Under the pieces are notes generated by a model, which worked only from the letters and a program-made list of their open reading frames with translations, made no database searches and was not told where the DNA came from. The translations under genes and the position numbers were made by a program. From Paramoeba atlantica (lineage: Eukaryota; Protista; Discosea), in NCBI GenBank assembly GCA_977017575.1, contig CDRNVI010000015.1, forward strand, positions 62,001 through 126,000: DNA of 64,000 nucleotides, written 5' to 3'. Shown piece after piece: positions 40,839 through 52,098 of the stretch (within the stretch, counting starts at the first letter, position 1; each line of letters begins with the position of its first letter).

Positions 40839-42272
40839 ATGAGAAAAGTACAATCCTTCGGCCTTTATCAATATTCGCGGAGAAGTATAGCTTACTTTGA
40901 TTGTCACCCGGGACTCAATACTCCGTTCTACAGCACACGAGACCGCCCACGTGGAATCGGGAAGCAGCTTGTAGAAACCCAACGTCAATCTTCTCGTCTG
41001 GAAAATGGGACACGTGTGGTTACCGAGGAGAGACAAGGCGCATTCTCTGGCATAGGAGTATACGTACAAGCCGGGGCGCGGTACGATCCTATCCAACTTC
41101 CAGGGCTCAACCATGTCATGCGTTGGAGTTTCCTCACATCAAACTTGGACTCATCCATGTTTCAAATTGACCGCGAATTTCGTGCTGTAGGGGCCAGTTA
41201 CGAGCATCACGAGCTTTGTAAAGAGCTATTGGGTTTCAAAATGGAATGCAGACGAGATTTGTACAGTGTGCCTCTGCAAAAGATGTTTTCATGTGTCTCC
41301 ATACCGCGTTTTATGGAGACAGAAGTCGTACGCTACCGCGATGCCATGGATGCGATTACAGAAGAACTTCGTTGGAAGACACCACGGCAGTGGTGTATTG
41401 AAGAGGTTCTTCAGCTAGCGTTCTATCGAGAGCCGTTAGGAATGCCTCGCTATGTTCCCCCTCACATCAACGATGATATTGGAAAGGAAGCCTTACTTCA
41501 GCAGTGGCGAAAGTGTTTCCACCCCAATCGAATTACTCTTACTGGAATCAATGTAAGTCACCAGGAACTAATAGCGACATTCCAAAATCACGAGTTCGCA
41601 CTTTCCAGCTCCGCCCCACACTTTCGTGAATTCAAAAATGGATATCAAGTAGGGCCCTCCTGTTTCCAAGGAGGCAAAGATCATGAGTTACATGAGAAAC
41701 GTCAGAAGGTGATGACAAGTATGCCTTACATGGAAAATGAAGTTATTGGGGTATTGGCCTGGCGCACTTATGGGATGCAGTCATTGAGGAATTACGCAAT
41801 CGCATGTGTGACCGTGCAACTTTTAAGCATTGAGCTGCAGGAAACCATTGAAAACGCCTCCGAGTCTACAGTTGAGGGATTGCGCTCCTTTCATTCTCCT
41901 TTCCTTGAAGTCGGAGTTTGGGGTTTTACCTATCGTTCGCGCTCCGAGGACGCACGGTTAATGGTTGAACAAGGTATCAAATTTATGCGTGGGCTCAAAC
42001 CGACCGAAGAGGGTCTCGGTACGGCAAAGCATCGCGCAGTTTGTCGGTTATTTCATGATCATTTTGAGTGTGCCCGTGACTATATGGACTCTCTCGCACT
42101 GTCTACATTGACCGACAGTTCTAAATTCACTGATGTACTGGAGCAGGTAGATCAAGTGACAGCTGGTGACATTAAAGGCTGCCTAGAGTTTGCCTTAGAC
42201 GAGAAGCCCTGCATGTACTCCACAGGCGAAGTCCTCCTTATTCCGAGTCTCCGTCAACTAGGGTTTAAATAG
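40839..42272 (+). CDS. Non-catalytic M16 peptidase subunit (MPP-alpha or complex III core-like)
   Basis: SRLENGTRVVTE...GVYVQAGARYD...GLNHVM; lacks HxxEH; no obvious MPP-alpha glycine-rich loop. Confidence 0.75.
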   Translation: MRKVQSFGLYQYSRRSIAYFDCHPGLNTPFYSTRDRPRGIGKQLVETQRQSSRLENGTRVVTEERQGAFSGIGVYVQAGARYDPIQLPGLNHVMRWSFLTSNLDSSMFQIDREFRAVGASYEHHELCKELLGFKMECRRDLYSVPLQKMFSCVSIPRFMETEVVRYRDAMDAITEELRWKTPRQWCIEEVLQLAFYREPLGMPRYVPPHINDDIGKEALLQQWRKCFHPNRITLTGINVSHQELIATFQNHEFALSSSAPHFREFKNGYQVGPSCFQGGKDHELHEKRQKVMTSMPYMENEVIGVLAWRTYGMQSLRNYAIACVTVQLLSIELQETIENASESTVEGLRSFHSPFLEVGVWGFTYRSRSEDARLMVEQGIKFMRGLKPTEEGLGTAKHRAVCRLFHDHFECARDYMDSLALSTLTDSSKFTDVLEQVDQVTAGDIKGCLEFALDEKPCMYSTGEVLLIPSLRQLGFK

Positions 42273-42539
42273 TTAAATAGTTAGGGTTTAAAATAGTTAT
42301 TTGCGTCCAACAATAGCGTTCTTCGAAAAAAATGGCATACTGCAATTTTAAGAGTATTTAACGAAACAAATTAACGATACTGGCTCATAGTTTGTTTACT
42401 TCAGTGTAGAATTTTATTATGAAAGCATTGACTGTTCAATAAAATACATTGAAATCGAACGCGACCCAAGAATTGACTACATGCGTCCCCTTTTTTTAAC
42501 ACACTTTTACCTACACTTTTATCTTTTTTTTGCTATTAT

Positions 42540-43350
42540 TGATCCTCACTGACCACCACTTTATTTTTCCCTGTCCCCTATCCCACCACACTGTAATTCC
42601 ACAACACCCTCTGTTTACTTTCTTTCCACCCTAAAACCCCTTTTCCTACCCTATCCACCTCCCCTCCCCATGCTCCGCCGCCCCTCCCCCCTCCTCCTCC
42701 TCCTTCCCTTCACCCCCTCCCGCCGCTCCCCCACCCTCGTCCTCGACAACGGCATCCGGCACGTCCAAATCACCCGCCTCACCCACCCCTCCCGCCACCA
42801 GGCCCTCTCCCTGATCCCCATCCCGCGGTTCGCCTCCCGGTCCTTCCTCGACGCCTGGTGCTACCAGCCCTACATGCGGGACCACCACATGGTGGTGAGC
42901 GACGACATCCACGCCCCGCTGCAAGTCGCCCCGGTGCGCTGGATCCTCCACCGCTTCCCCGCGCTGGCCTACTTCCACCCGGGGAACCTGCCCGCCGCGC
43001 TGGAGCTCGGGATCACCCGGGCGCAGTTCGTGCAGCGGCAGCGCCTGATGCGACTCCCGTGGTGGTTTCTGGTGTTTCGGAGTGCCCGGGCGCGGGACCG
43101 GCTGTGCGGGCCGTACGTACGGCGACAGGTGGGGGAGCTCGTGGGGGAGTCCTATGGGGCGCACCCGATAGGGGGAGCAGGAGGAAAGGTGGGGGGAAAA
43201 CCCACCGTGGAGTCGTTTGTGTTGTTGCTGAATCCTGCGTGGGTGCCGCATGCGTTGGAGAGGTTGCGTGGATTGGGGTTTGAGATCGAGGAGACACGGT
43301 TGGTGGAGGTGGGGAATGATCGTGATCTGGCGGCGTTGGAGGCGGTGGGG
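42540..43350. other. GC-rich island, C-rich to G-rich switch
   Basis: C-runs about 42560-42880, including the non-coding flank; G-runs about 43080-43350. Confidence 0.8.
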
Positions 43351-43479
43351 GATCTTTTTAATGTCACGTTTTTATATTATTTGCTTTTTCTTGCGATGCT
43401 GAGTAGTGCCGGTGCCGTGCGCTCATTCTTTTTAAGAGGTAAGGAGTGGCGTGACAAAGAGAAAGAGTTAACTACGTAA
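42670..43479 (+). CDS. Hypothetical protein, possibly a degenerate TraB-like fold
   Basis: 269-aa ORF with presequence-like MLRR start; only weak recalled resemblance to TraB-type proteins. Confidence 0.55.
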   Translation: MLRRPSPLLLLLPFTPSRRSPTLVLDNGIRHVQITRLTHPSRHQALSLIPIPRFASRSFLDAWCYQPYMRDHHMVVSDDIHAPLQVAPVRWILHRFPALAYFHPGNLPAALELGITRAQFVQRQRLMRLPWWFLVFRSARARDRLCGPYVRRQVGELVGESYGAHPIGGAGGKVGGKPTVESFVLLLNPAWVPHALERLRGLGFEIEETRLVEVGNDRDLAALEAVGDLFNVTFLYYLLFLAMLSSAGAVRSFFLRGKEWRDKEKELTT

Positions 43480-43661
43480 CGAGTGTATTTGTACTATGTG
43501 GAAATTCACATTATGCCGCACATGTATTGACTTGTTTTCTAGTATCTGTAATTATGAATTACCCCCGCAATAGGCAAAGCATACGAGTGTTCAATTGTTA
43601 CTGATATTTGAACGCAGAAGAGTAGTAGAAATTCGATAGAAATATAGAACCTTTCATAACA

Positions 43662-46600
43662 ATGCCGAATTTGAACCGTGCAGTTCTGTACATTAGACGA
43701 CTTTCGAAAGGTAAAATAGCCAATCGCTGTGATTGGTTCCGCTGGGATCAGATATACGGTCATTCATGTTTGCCCGCTTGTGGCGCAGTGTCTCGGCACG
43801 CTGATATGCACTTGCGCCCGCATGGTACTACACAAAACCTAGTTCTGCGCTGCTGCAGTAGTGCTGCTGTGGATGAAACGGATGCCGACAACTTAGAAGC
43901 TATTGGTGAACCTGACGAAGACCTTTTAGAAGCCGCTTTGCCAGTAATGTCAACGGAAGAATGGGATCTCACAAACATCTCCCCCATTCATTCCCTAGAT
44001 TTTCTCGCGCTTGGACGGCTTCAAAATTTCATTAAGCGCCATCCAAGAGCAGTTTCAGGATCCGAACGGGACGACATGAAAACTACTAGTTTGGAGAAGC
44101 TCTGTGTCGTGTCGGGGAAATTTGATGACGATACTGAATTATTCAAGCTTTCTTCGAAACGACTTGACAATGCAGGCATTCTCTGCAGGGCTTGTGTCAC
44201 TTTTCCATTGCCCAAGGAAATTAGCGATGATACCCTACAGGGAATCGGATACGCTTTGCACGCCAGAGAAGCTATTCATGTTGCTTCAATGCATGCTGAG
44301 CGCCAACTAGATGCGCTTGGTATTCCTGTTTGTGGATTGCGCAGAACGCAAATAAAATATGCCGAAGCGAAGCGAGCATCAGGTCTTGCCGCCCCATTTC
44401 CGAATGACCCAATAAAATCCTTAAAGGATACCACACTGCCCAGTCCACTCCGCTTAATACGAGAACACAGATTGCATGAGATTCAGAAGTTGTACATTCC
44501 AGTACGATATAACAGTTTTTACGGAAATCCACATGCTCTGGTGAGTCCTGTCAATGTTGATGAATTTTCCGTTGATCGCATTACTGCGTACTGTGCACAT
44601 CATCGACCACAGGTAAAATTTTCCGAGCTTTGTATAAAAGAAGTCATCAATTCTGTAGAAGCTAAAGCAACGAGGGATAAAGGTTTTTTAGGTACCGCAG
44701 AAAAGGGTGATTCTACAGAATCTGTAACTGCCTGGATACACATTACTATCAGATTGCCTGTTCCGGAGAAATACGGAACACGGGATGTGAAAGGTTTTGC
44801 ACCCCATAAAAAAACTGCTCTTATTCTGGCGTGTATGCATGGGGAGCTGTTGCTAGATACACTCGGTATCCCCATTTTCTCGAACACTGAACAGCAAGAA
44901 AAACATGCCAAAGTCTGTGAAATGTATGGTCGAGGCGCTCCGCGTCCTGGTGATGAACCCGCAGCATCTTCTACAATAGGTCCGCCGGCCCTGAGAACCT
45001 TGTTTCCTGGCGAAAGTATTCCTGTCGGGGACCCGAAATGTGTTGACTCTCATTTGTCGAAGTACCGCGTTTCGCACATAACATTTCTTCCTGAGATACA
45101 AGACGTGTCATCAATCGATAGCAGTGCAATGAAAAAAATACAAGATTACTTTATTACACACGGTAAAGTGGATATGGAGCAATTTTACATAGAAAAAATT
45201 GATGGAACAGACTGTAGTGGAGTATTTAAGGCAGTCCTAGCATTGCCCATCGCAGACAACCGGCATGAACTCGCAGTAGGAATAGCCAACACTGCGGCAC
45301 GAGCAAGAGAAGTGTGTGCCATGCATGCGCTTACGATTATTGATCACATTACGAAAGAATCTCACATCAAAGTCGAAGATGATGCACGTTCCAAAGGACT
45401 AATTCGGCCCCCTTTACGGTTCTCGTACGGCATGGATCGCATTCCATCTTTGCTGAATTTCATGAGAAAAGAACTTGAAAGCACACCTGTATCTTCCCGC
45501 ACTGCAGTGGGGTCACGAAAGCAAAGGTCTAGAAAACTCTCATCTGAACTACAGGCTGATTCTGAAGAGTATATTCTTGTTCCTCCGGAAGAAACTATCG
45601 GAAGAGAGGCCAGTGAAATAGTGGCACTTACATCGCCGCGAAAATTCGATGCTTTTTCAGTTGAACGGATTAACGACTATCTACGAAGGCATGGAACTAG
45701 CCCTGAATTCGCGACAAAAGTAGAAAATATTGGAGACTTAAGTTCGAGCCAGTTCTATCGAGTGAAAATATTTCTTCCCACGCCACCAGGATACGGACCT
45801 CGAGTAGGGATAGGTGAGGCCCCTAAGAAGCAAGAGGCAAATATACTCGCTCACATGCATTGTGAACTTATACTGGATCATTTGGGCATTCCATTATTTG
45901 ACCATGAAGTACTTCAAAGGAAACATGCAATGGCGGCTCGAAAGCACAAGAGGTTTGCTCCTACCCCTGACGATGTAGGTTCTTCATTTTCTACACCGTC
46001 TCCACCTCCACTTAGAAAAGAAAGAAATGATTCTATGAAATGGTTGCGCTTCTTGCGAGAAAAATTTGAATCTCGCAGTATAGATATCTCAGCGTCTCAT
46101 GTCCAGACTGCACAGGCTTCCACATGGGACTATGTCGGTCCAAAAGAACTTGACTACGACGCAAAGCTTAAATTATATCACCACATTGTCACGCACCCCA
46201 AAAATCGCAATGTAACGACGCTCGATAATCGTTTTGAAGTATCACGTAACGGTGAAAGTGGCGCTTCTTATTACTATTGCAAAATGAAAATCGATGTTCC
46301 CGAACACCGCGGGAAGATTGCGGAAGCAAGAGGTTCCGCCGTAACTCAGAGGGATGCAGAAATGCTATGTTGCATGCACGCGCTTCGGATTTTGGATGCG
46401 TACGGAATGCGAGTATTCTTTATTAAAGGTATGCAAGACAGACACGCGAAGCAGGTAAGAAAAGCCGGTCGGTGGGCTAGATTTTCTACAGAACCTCCAC
46501 CCCCAGCGTCGGACAACATATCCTTTCCGAAGGCTTTACGCATTGATGCCGCAGGACCAAAGCCGAAGCCACCGCCAACACCCTCCATCTGTGATGATGG

Positions 46601-49600
46601 AGTCTGGAATGCTTTTGTTGATGAAGTTGCGACATACCTACATGAACAAGAAGAGTGGGATCTTTGCCGCTGCTTGCTTCGAAATAAGATACCAGAGGTA
46701 GGTGACAAGCTTATTGATGAAACATTACTTGCAGTTGAAAATAGAGCACTAGATATGCATGCTCGGACGAAAATAAATAACTATTGTATAGTTCGTGGCT
46801 ATGAAGCTCCGGCATTTGACTATAAAGACGTTGGAAAGCGAGAGTCTCAGTTTTATTTCGCTAGTACTAATATTCCAGGATTTTCAGGTCTGCAGGCATT
46901 CGGTATTGGCTCTTCAAAGGATGAATCTACGCGTCGCTGCGCTATGCATTGTTTAGAAGTCCTATCGAAATTAGATCCCAGTATTACTGGGCTTGATCTT
47001 TTGCGTACTGCAAATTGGGATTCGCGAAACAATGTGGATCGTAACGTGCAAGTTATGCAAGAGGAAGGCAGACACCGAGTTGTCGAACTCTACTGTCTAT
47101 CTCGAGGACTCGAACTACCTTCTTTTGAAATCAGTGCGAGGAATGTAGCTACGGGGCGAATGTACTCTGTCTCTTCTACATTAGGGGAATTTACAGCACG
47201 AGCAGAAAACCCTATGCATCAACCAGCGCTGAACCAATGCTTAAGCATAATGATGAATAAGATGGTAAAGTATGATCCAGCATTTCGTGAATTGCAGACA
47301 TTTCTTCGAAGTCATCCTTTTCTCGACACATACACTGTCTTGGACTTAAAGCTTTCCCAGGATCTGCTTCGTCGAATGAATGCGCTTTCTGAGGCTGTGT
47401 TTACTTCAGTTGAATTATCTAAATCCGCAAATGACTCAAGGAAGTCCGACGCTAGTGGAACTGATTTTTCAAAGCACCGTGAAATATGGCATGTCGATGC
47501 TGAAACTCGCGCACGTCGAAATGAAAAATTGCTGAATGAGAAAAGAGAAAGAGAAAGCGATGAACAATATCAGGAACATTTTGGACGAAAGCGCTGTTCT
47601 CTTCCAATATTCAAATTTCGAGATGAAATTATAAAACTTTTGTACGAGCAGGGGCACAATGTGGTTGTTTTATGTGGGACAACGGGATGCGGGAAAACCA
47701 CGCAAGTCCCTCAATATATTTTAGACTATCATATTGAGAAGGGTGAGGGAGCCTTCTGCACTATGCTTGTGACACAGCCAAGGCGCATCAGTGCTGTATC
47801 CATTCCAAGAAGGATAGCGAGCGAACGAACAGAGATTTGTGGTGACAACATTGGTTTCATTGTTCGCCTGGATGCCCTACCTGGGAAGCATGTAACGTTT
47901 GTGACATCAGGTGTTCTTCTCAGAATCTTGAAAGATAATCCTATGCTAGAGGGATTTTCACATGTCATTGTCGATGAAATACACGAGCGAGACATTAACT
48001 CCGACTTTCTTTTGATCCTCTTACGTGATTTGCTAGGAAAAAGAACAGACCTTAAGGTAGTGTTGATGAGCGCGACGCTACAAGCCAAATTATTTTCCGA
48101 TTATTTTGGGGGTGCACCCGTACTCGAGGCGGAGGGCGGGGTATTCCCTGTCGAAATGCATTATCTGGAGGATATTGCAAAGGTGGCAAAGCAGTACGGA
48201 TTTTCCAGTCCATTTATTCAAGCCAACGATACCGGTGAAGATATTTTTACAGCGAATCTTGACTACAGTGTTATTGCCTTTGTTGTCTCTCACTTGATGG
48301 AAACAAAAAAAGATGAAATGCTTGGCTACTCTATTTTAATTTTCTTGCCTGGGTGGGAAGAAATTGTTCAGGCGAAAACTATTTTGTCTAGTGGCGCAGG
48401 AGGTGACCCTTCGCAGTTTACCTTCGTAACTCTGCATAGTGCTGTTTCAGCAGCCGATCAAGCACTATGTTTTCGGGCTGCCGATTCTACAAAGACAAAG
48501 ATAATTCTCTCCACAAATATAGCAGAGAGCGGTGTCACGATTGACGATATCAAAGTGGTGATTGACGCTGGCCGCATGAAAGAGAAATCGTTCATACATA
48601 CGGAAGGGCGCTCACAAATCGCCAAGGAGACTGGCGAAATGGGAGCCTACGCTCAGCTAGTAACTGTTCCTGCGAGCCGTGCGAACTGTGTTCAGCGTCG
48701 CGGTCGTGCTGGTCGTACAAGAGGTGGTATTTGCTACCGAATATACAGTAAAGCGCATTTCGAAGCACTTGACGATTTCCAAACTCCGGAATTGCTACGG
48801 CAGCCGCTTGATTCTCTGTGTCTTTCAATTCTACACTTAAAACTAGGAGATCCCAATACAGTTCTTAGCAAGGCGCTCGAATGCCCCACAATAGAGAGCG
48901 TTGATTTCGCTCTTCAGCGTCTGGAGCAGCTCGGCGCGATCAAGAAGAATATTGCAGAGGATACTGTTCTAACTCCCTTAGGAGAAGTAATGGCCGTACT
49001 TCCCGTATCACCGCATATGGCCAAAGCTCTAGTCTATGGAACGATGTTTCGTTGCTTGGATTCGATCTTAACAATCGCAGCTGCAAGCCAGCAAAACCTT
49101 TTTATGGGCAGTAAAGATAAACGACAGGATGTCAAACGTTCCAAGCTTCAATTTGAGCTCGGCACTCATAGCGACCATCTAACTGCGCTTAATGCCTTCA
49201 ATGCGTGGGTTGCTAGGCGTAGGGCATCCGTTGAAATCAACGACAAAAACAAACTTATTGCCCTCTCACAGTTTGAAGATAACCTTGAACTGAATTCTAT
49301 TGCCTTGCTACAAGTTGCAAAATACAAGAAACAGTTTGCAGAACTGATTTTTCGCGTTGTGTTACAGTGCGCACCTCCTGAAGAAGGATGCAGGCGCGGG
49401 GATTGTTTTGTGGAGGATACTACGTTGTCCGAACATGCCGGCAACATAAGCTTAGTCAAAGCTGTGTTAGGCACTGCGTTGTATCCCAATTTTGCTGTTC
49501 ACAGAGAAAAACGTAAAACCTTTCGAGGCAAGCACGATAATATGATGGTACTTGCGAGCAATTCAGTTCTGTGTCAAGCTAAGGAATTCGGTTCTAGATC

Positions 49601-50918
49601 CCGTACCCCATATGTGATTTTTGATGAGAAGCAAAGACTACAATATTCAGAAACTAAATCTCTCATTTCATTTAGAAATGCAACGGCCCTCAACATGCTT
49701 AGTGTGGTAATTCTCGGTGCGCCGGCTGAGGAATTAGAATACAGGGAAGATATTAAACTCGGCTTGTTAGGTGATTGGATGCCTTTTAGATGCGAGGAGA
49801 ATAGCGACATGCTTGAGGTTATTAAACGCTTCAAGAAAGCTTTGGATACAGCAGTAAATCTTGGAATTCAGTTTCCTCGCAATACGCAATATCAAAACTT
49901 TATTAAGGAGTTTCGCCAATTGATTATTGAAGCCATACAGGATGAGGTGGTAGTCAATTCCTTAATTTCTGAGAATTGGGCAGAAAAAGGAAAAATTCTG
50001 TGCCCAACCGACCAAACGGATTTCGAAATTAGAGAAATCGCAGATTCGGAACTTGAAGAACCTCAAATACAAGAAAAAGATTCGCGAGCTCCGATTTTCC
50101 GAAATACGGTGTTGAAGTATGATGATGGCTCAGTGCGCAGCATAACAGAAACTACTTTTGAAGGGGAAAGCGTGAACGGTAGAGCACAGGCACCTCGAAA
50201 TCCTTTTCATTCTCCATCCGAAGAAGAGACTTCTAAGAGCGATCTTGTCGAGTTGATTCTTCATTATTATCCCGAAGCTAAACAACCTGAAAAGATCATA
50301 ACGTATAAAACGACGCAAAGCCAGGAATACGAGTGGAATGAGCGGCCATTGTACGAATCTACTGCCACTCTTAACGCAAAGATTGTTTTAACCAAAACAG
50401 GACATTTACGAGCGAATCGAGGTGCAGCAGAAAAAAGTGCAGCTTTCGCTGTGCTTCGCGCGGCTCGAAATGATAAAAAATATTACTTTGGTCACACAGA
50501 GATTCAAAGAGAAAAACGAGTCCGTCGACGCGCAAACATGCTGCCCGACCTTGAGGTTTGCAAATCGGCGAAAAGTGCATTAATGGAATTTATAACTCGA
50601 AACCCTCCTAAGGATATGGACCTTCGGTCTGCCTTGTTCTTTCAAACAAAACAGAAAGAAGATTTGAAGTTTGAATCATTTTGCTACCTGTTGGGTCACA
50701 AACACGTTTCCCAACGTTTAGATCAAAGAAGAAAAGCGGAAGCGGATGCAGCATTGATTGCCTACAATTCGCTAAAGGCAGATCCTCGTAAATATCTTGG
50801 CGAAGACTTCGCTGAGGAAACGGGCGATAACGTGAAGAGGTACGACCAAGATGGCTTTGAAATCCAAGAGGAATATGCTAGCCATGGAGCGGAAAATTCA
50901 CCTAATGAATGGTGCTAG
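43662..50918 (+). CDS. KREH2: DExH helicase with multiple dsRBD-like repeats, kinetoplastid RNA editing helicase 2-like
   Basis: GTTGCGKTTQ, DEIHER, MSAT, STNIAESGVT and QRRGRAGR motifs; six N-terminal repeats ending in MH...(L)D.LG. Start codon uncertain. Confidence 0.75.
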   Translation: MPNLNRAVLYIRRLSKGKIANRCDWFRWDQIYGHSCLPACGAVSRHADMHLRPHGTTQNLVLRCCSSAAVDETDADNLEAIGEPDEDLLEAALPVMSTEEWDLTNISPIHSLDFLALGRLQNFIKRHPRAVSGSERDDMKTTSLEKLCVVSGKFDDDTELFKLSSKRLDNAGILCRACVTFPLPKEISDDTLQGIGYALHAREAIHVASMHAERQLDALGIPVCGLRRTQIKYAEAKRASGLAAPFPNDPIKSLKDTTLPSPLRLIREHRLHEIQKLYIPVRYNSFYGNPHALVSPVNVDEFSVDRITAYCAHHRPQVKFSELCIKEVINSVEAKATRDKGFLGTAEKGDSTESVTAWIHITIRLPVPEKYGTRDVKGFAPHKKTALILACMHGELLLDTLGIPIFSNTEQQEKHAKVCEMYGRGAPRPGDEPAASSTIGPPALRTLFPGESIPVGDPKCVDSHLSKYRVSHITFLPEIQDVSSIDSSAMKKIQDYFITHGKVDMEQFYIEKIDGTDCSGVFKAVLALPIADNRHELAVGIANTAARAREVCAMHALTIIDHITKESHIKVEDDARSKGLIRPPLRFSYGMDRIPSLLNFMRKELESTPVSSRTAVGSRKQRSRKLSSELQADSEEYILVPPEETIGREASEIVALTSPRKFDAFSVERINDYLRRHGTSPEFATKVENIGDLSSSQFYRVKIFLPTPPGYGPRVGIGEAPKKQEANILAHMHCELILDHLGIPLFDHEVLQRKHAMAARKHKRFAPTPDDVGSSFSTPSPPPLRKERNDSMKWLRFLREKFESRSIDISASHVQTAQASTWDYVGPKELDYDAKLKLYHHIVTHPKNRNVTTLDNRFEVSRNGESGASYYYCKMKIDVPEHRGKIAEARGSAVTQRDAEMLCCMHALRILDAYGMRVFFIKGMQDRHAKQVRKAGRWARFSTEPPPPASDNISFPKALRIDAAGPKPKPPPTPSICDDGVWNAFVDEVATYLHEQEEWDLCRCLLRNKIPEVGDKLIDETLLAVENRALDMHARTKINNYCIVRGYEAPAFDYKDVGKRESQFYFASTNIPGFSGLQAFGIGSSKDESTRRCAMHCLEVLSKLDPSITGLDLLRTANWDSRNNVDRNVQVMQEEGRHRVVELYCLSRGLELPSFEISARNVATGRMYSVSSTLGEFTARAENPMHQPALNQCLSIMMNKMVKYDPAFRELQTFLRSHPFLDTYTVLDLKLSQDLLRRMNALSEAVFTSVELSKSANDSRKSDASGTDFSKHREIWHVDAETRARRNEKLLNEKRERESDEQYQEHFGRKRCSLPIFKFRDEIIKLLYEQGHNVVVLCGTTGCGKTTQVPQYILDYHIEKGEGAFCTMLVTQPRRISAVSIPRRIASERTEICGDNIGFIVRLDALPGKHVTFVTSGVLLRILKDNPMLEGFSHVIVDEIHERDINSDFLLILLRDLLGKRTDLKVVLMSATLQAKLFSDYFGGAPVLEAEGGVFPVEMHYLEDIAKVAKQYGFSSPFIQANDTGEDIFTANLDYSVIAFVVSHLMETKKDEMLGYSILIFLPGWEEIVQAKTILSSGAGGDPSQFTFVTLHSAVSAADQALCFRAADSTKTKIILSTNIAESGVTIDDIKVVIDAGRMKEKSFIHTEGRSQIAKETGEMGAYAQLVTVPASRANCVQRRGRAGRTRGGICYRIYSKAHFEALDDFQTPELLRQPLDSLCLSILHLKLGDPNTVLSKALECPTIESVDFALQRLEQLGAIKKNIAEDTVLTPLGEVMAVLPVSPHMAKALVYGTMFRCLDSILTIAAASQQNLFMGSKDKRQDVKRSKLQFELGTHSDHLTALNAFNAWVARRRASVEINDKNKLIALSQFEDNLELNSIALLQVAKYKKQFAELIFRVVLQCAPPEEGCRRGDCFVEDTTLSEHAGNISLVKAVLGTALYPNFAVHREKRKTFRGKHDNMMVLASNSVLCQAKEFGSRSRTPYVIFDEKQRLQYSETKSLISFRNATALNMLSVVILGAPAEELEYREDIKLGLLGDWMPFRCEENSDMLEVIKRFKKALDTAVNLGIQFPRNTQYQNFIKEFRQLIIEAIQDEVVVNSLISENWAEKGKILCPTDQTDFEIREIADSELEEPQIQEKDSRAPIFRNTVLKYDDGSVRSITETTFEGESVNGRAQAPRNPFHSPSEEETSKSDLVELILHYYPEAKQPEKIITYKTTQSQEYEWNERPLYESTATLNAKIVLTKTGHLRANRGAAEKSAAFAVLRAARNDKKYYFGHTEIQREKRVRRRANMLPDLEVCKSAKSALMEFITRNPPKDMDLRSALFFQTKQKEDLKFESFCYLLGHKHVSQRLDQRRKAEADAALIAYNSLKADPRKYLGEDFAEETGDNVKRYDQDGFEIQEEYASHGAENSPNEWC

Positions 50919-51249
50919 TAAAGAGGAATCAGGCAGTTTTTCGTATTTTCATGAGACATACAACCTCATGAAGCATATTTCATCTATGTCTTGTGAACTA
51001 CGTCTTGCTTTAAAACATTTGATGTCCTTGGAAAATAACCCTATTCACTGACTAATCTTTCTGACCATTAGCTCTCTTTGAGTTTTAATATTATGCATGA
51101 TTTTGCTTTTGCGAAATTTATCTTCGATCGCTTTTTTATAATGGATTTTGTAGTGAAAACATGAATCATGTTCTCTACTAATTGGTTCCATTCGTTTCAT
51201 TTATACCAGAGTACAGCAGCATACACATTGATTTTCCTTTCATATTTTC

Positions 51250-51852
51250 ATGAATTTCGCTTCCTTCCGACTAGAAAAATTAAGGTGTAGCGTATCGACT
51301 GGGTTTCACGTCCACTTTTCTGCACGATATTCCCGTTCTGTTACATTTTCCAACTTGCATCTAGTATTTAAGGGTGACCAAAAATATATTCTACGAGGAT
51401 TGTATCGTGCCTTGCTCCGATACGGAGAAGACAGGCTAATGCTGCGACGCATCTTGCTGTTAGAGAATCCAAAGTACCTCAAGTACGGATTAGAAGCCCT
51501 TCAGTATCACAGAAACGTAAGTGAGAGTCAAAAGTCGTACGGTAAAATACGTGGCATAAGGTTATGGAAAAATATGCCGTTTCTCGCAATGCTTAAATTG
51601 CGCATTCTAAGCTTTCAGATAGGTTTATTTTACATCAGATTGCGTTGCCAGAGTACAATAGCCATAATAAATGTTTTTTTGATCTCGGCCTTTATTTGCC
51701 TACTTGTGGCATTGTTTCAGTTATACAGAGCTCTCGGGACTCTTCTGCAGGATAACCGGTACAGACACCGAACTGACGTGCAAAGGTTAATCACAACAGT
51801 GGAGACTATGGCAAAAGCCAAGAATGCGGCGTTGTTAAATACTACCGAATGA
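51250..51852 (+). CDS. Hypothetical membrane protein
   Basis: 200-aa ORF with a hydrophobic stretch near the C-terminus and an LYRALLR motif. Confidence 0.45.
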   Translation: MNFASFRLEKLRCSVSTGFHVHFSARYSRSVTFSNLHLVFKGDQKYILRGLYRALLRYGEDRLMLRRILLLENPKYLKYGLEALQYHRNVSESQKSYGKIRGIRLWKNMPFLAMLKLRILSFQIGLFYIRLRCQSTIAIINVFLISAFICLLVALFQLYRALGTLLQDNRYRHRTDVQRLITTVETMAKAKNAALLNTTE

Positions 51853-52098
51853 CTGACTGCACACGTATTAGGTGGCCGAACACTATTGCATCGCCTTTCA
51901 AAGATTCGGTTAAATAGGCTCTATCCCACATGAACACTAGCTCAGGCACGGAAGCTGTACGAATTTTGGTAATTGTATGAACATTAATAGAAATCGTAAA
52001 TTGACTATATGATATACACGTTTCGAACAAAGTTCGGCATAATTTCTCAATTATTTTACAAATATTAACTGGACTTGCAAGGTTTGTATGCTTAGAAA

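Noticed and set aside
42255-42298. TTAGGG/TAGGGTTT telomere-like sequence
   Set aside because: Isolated copies explained by a local duplication around the stop codon.
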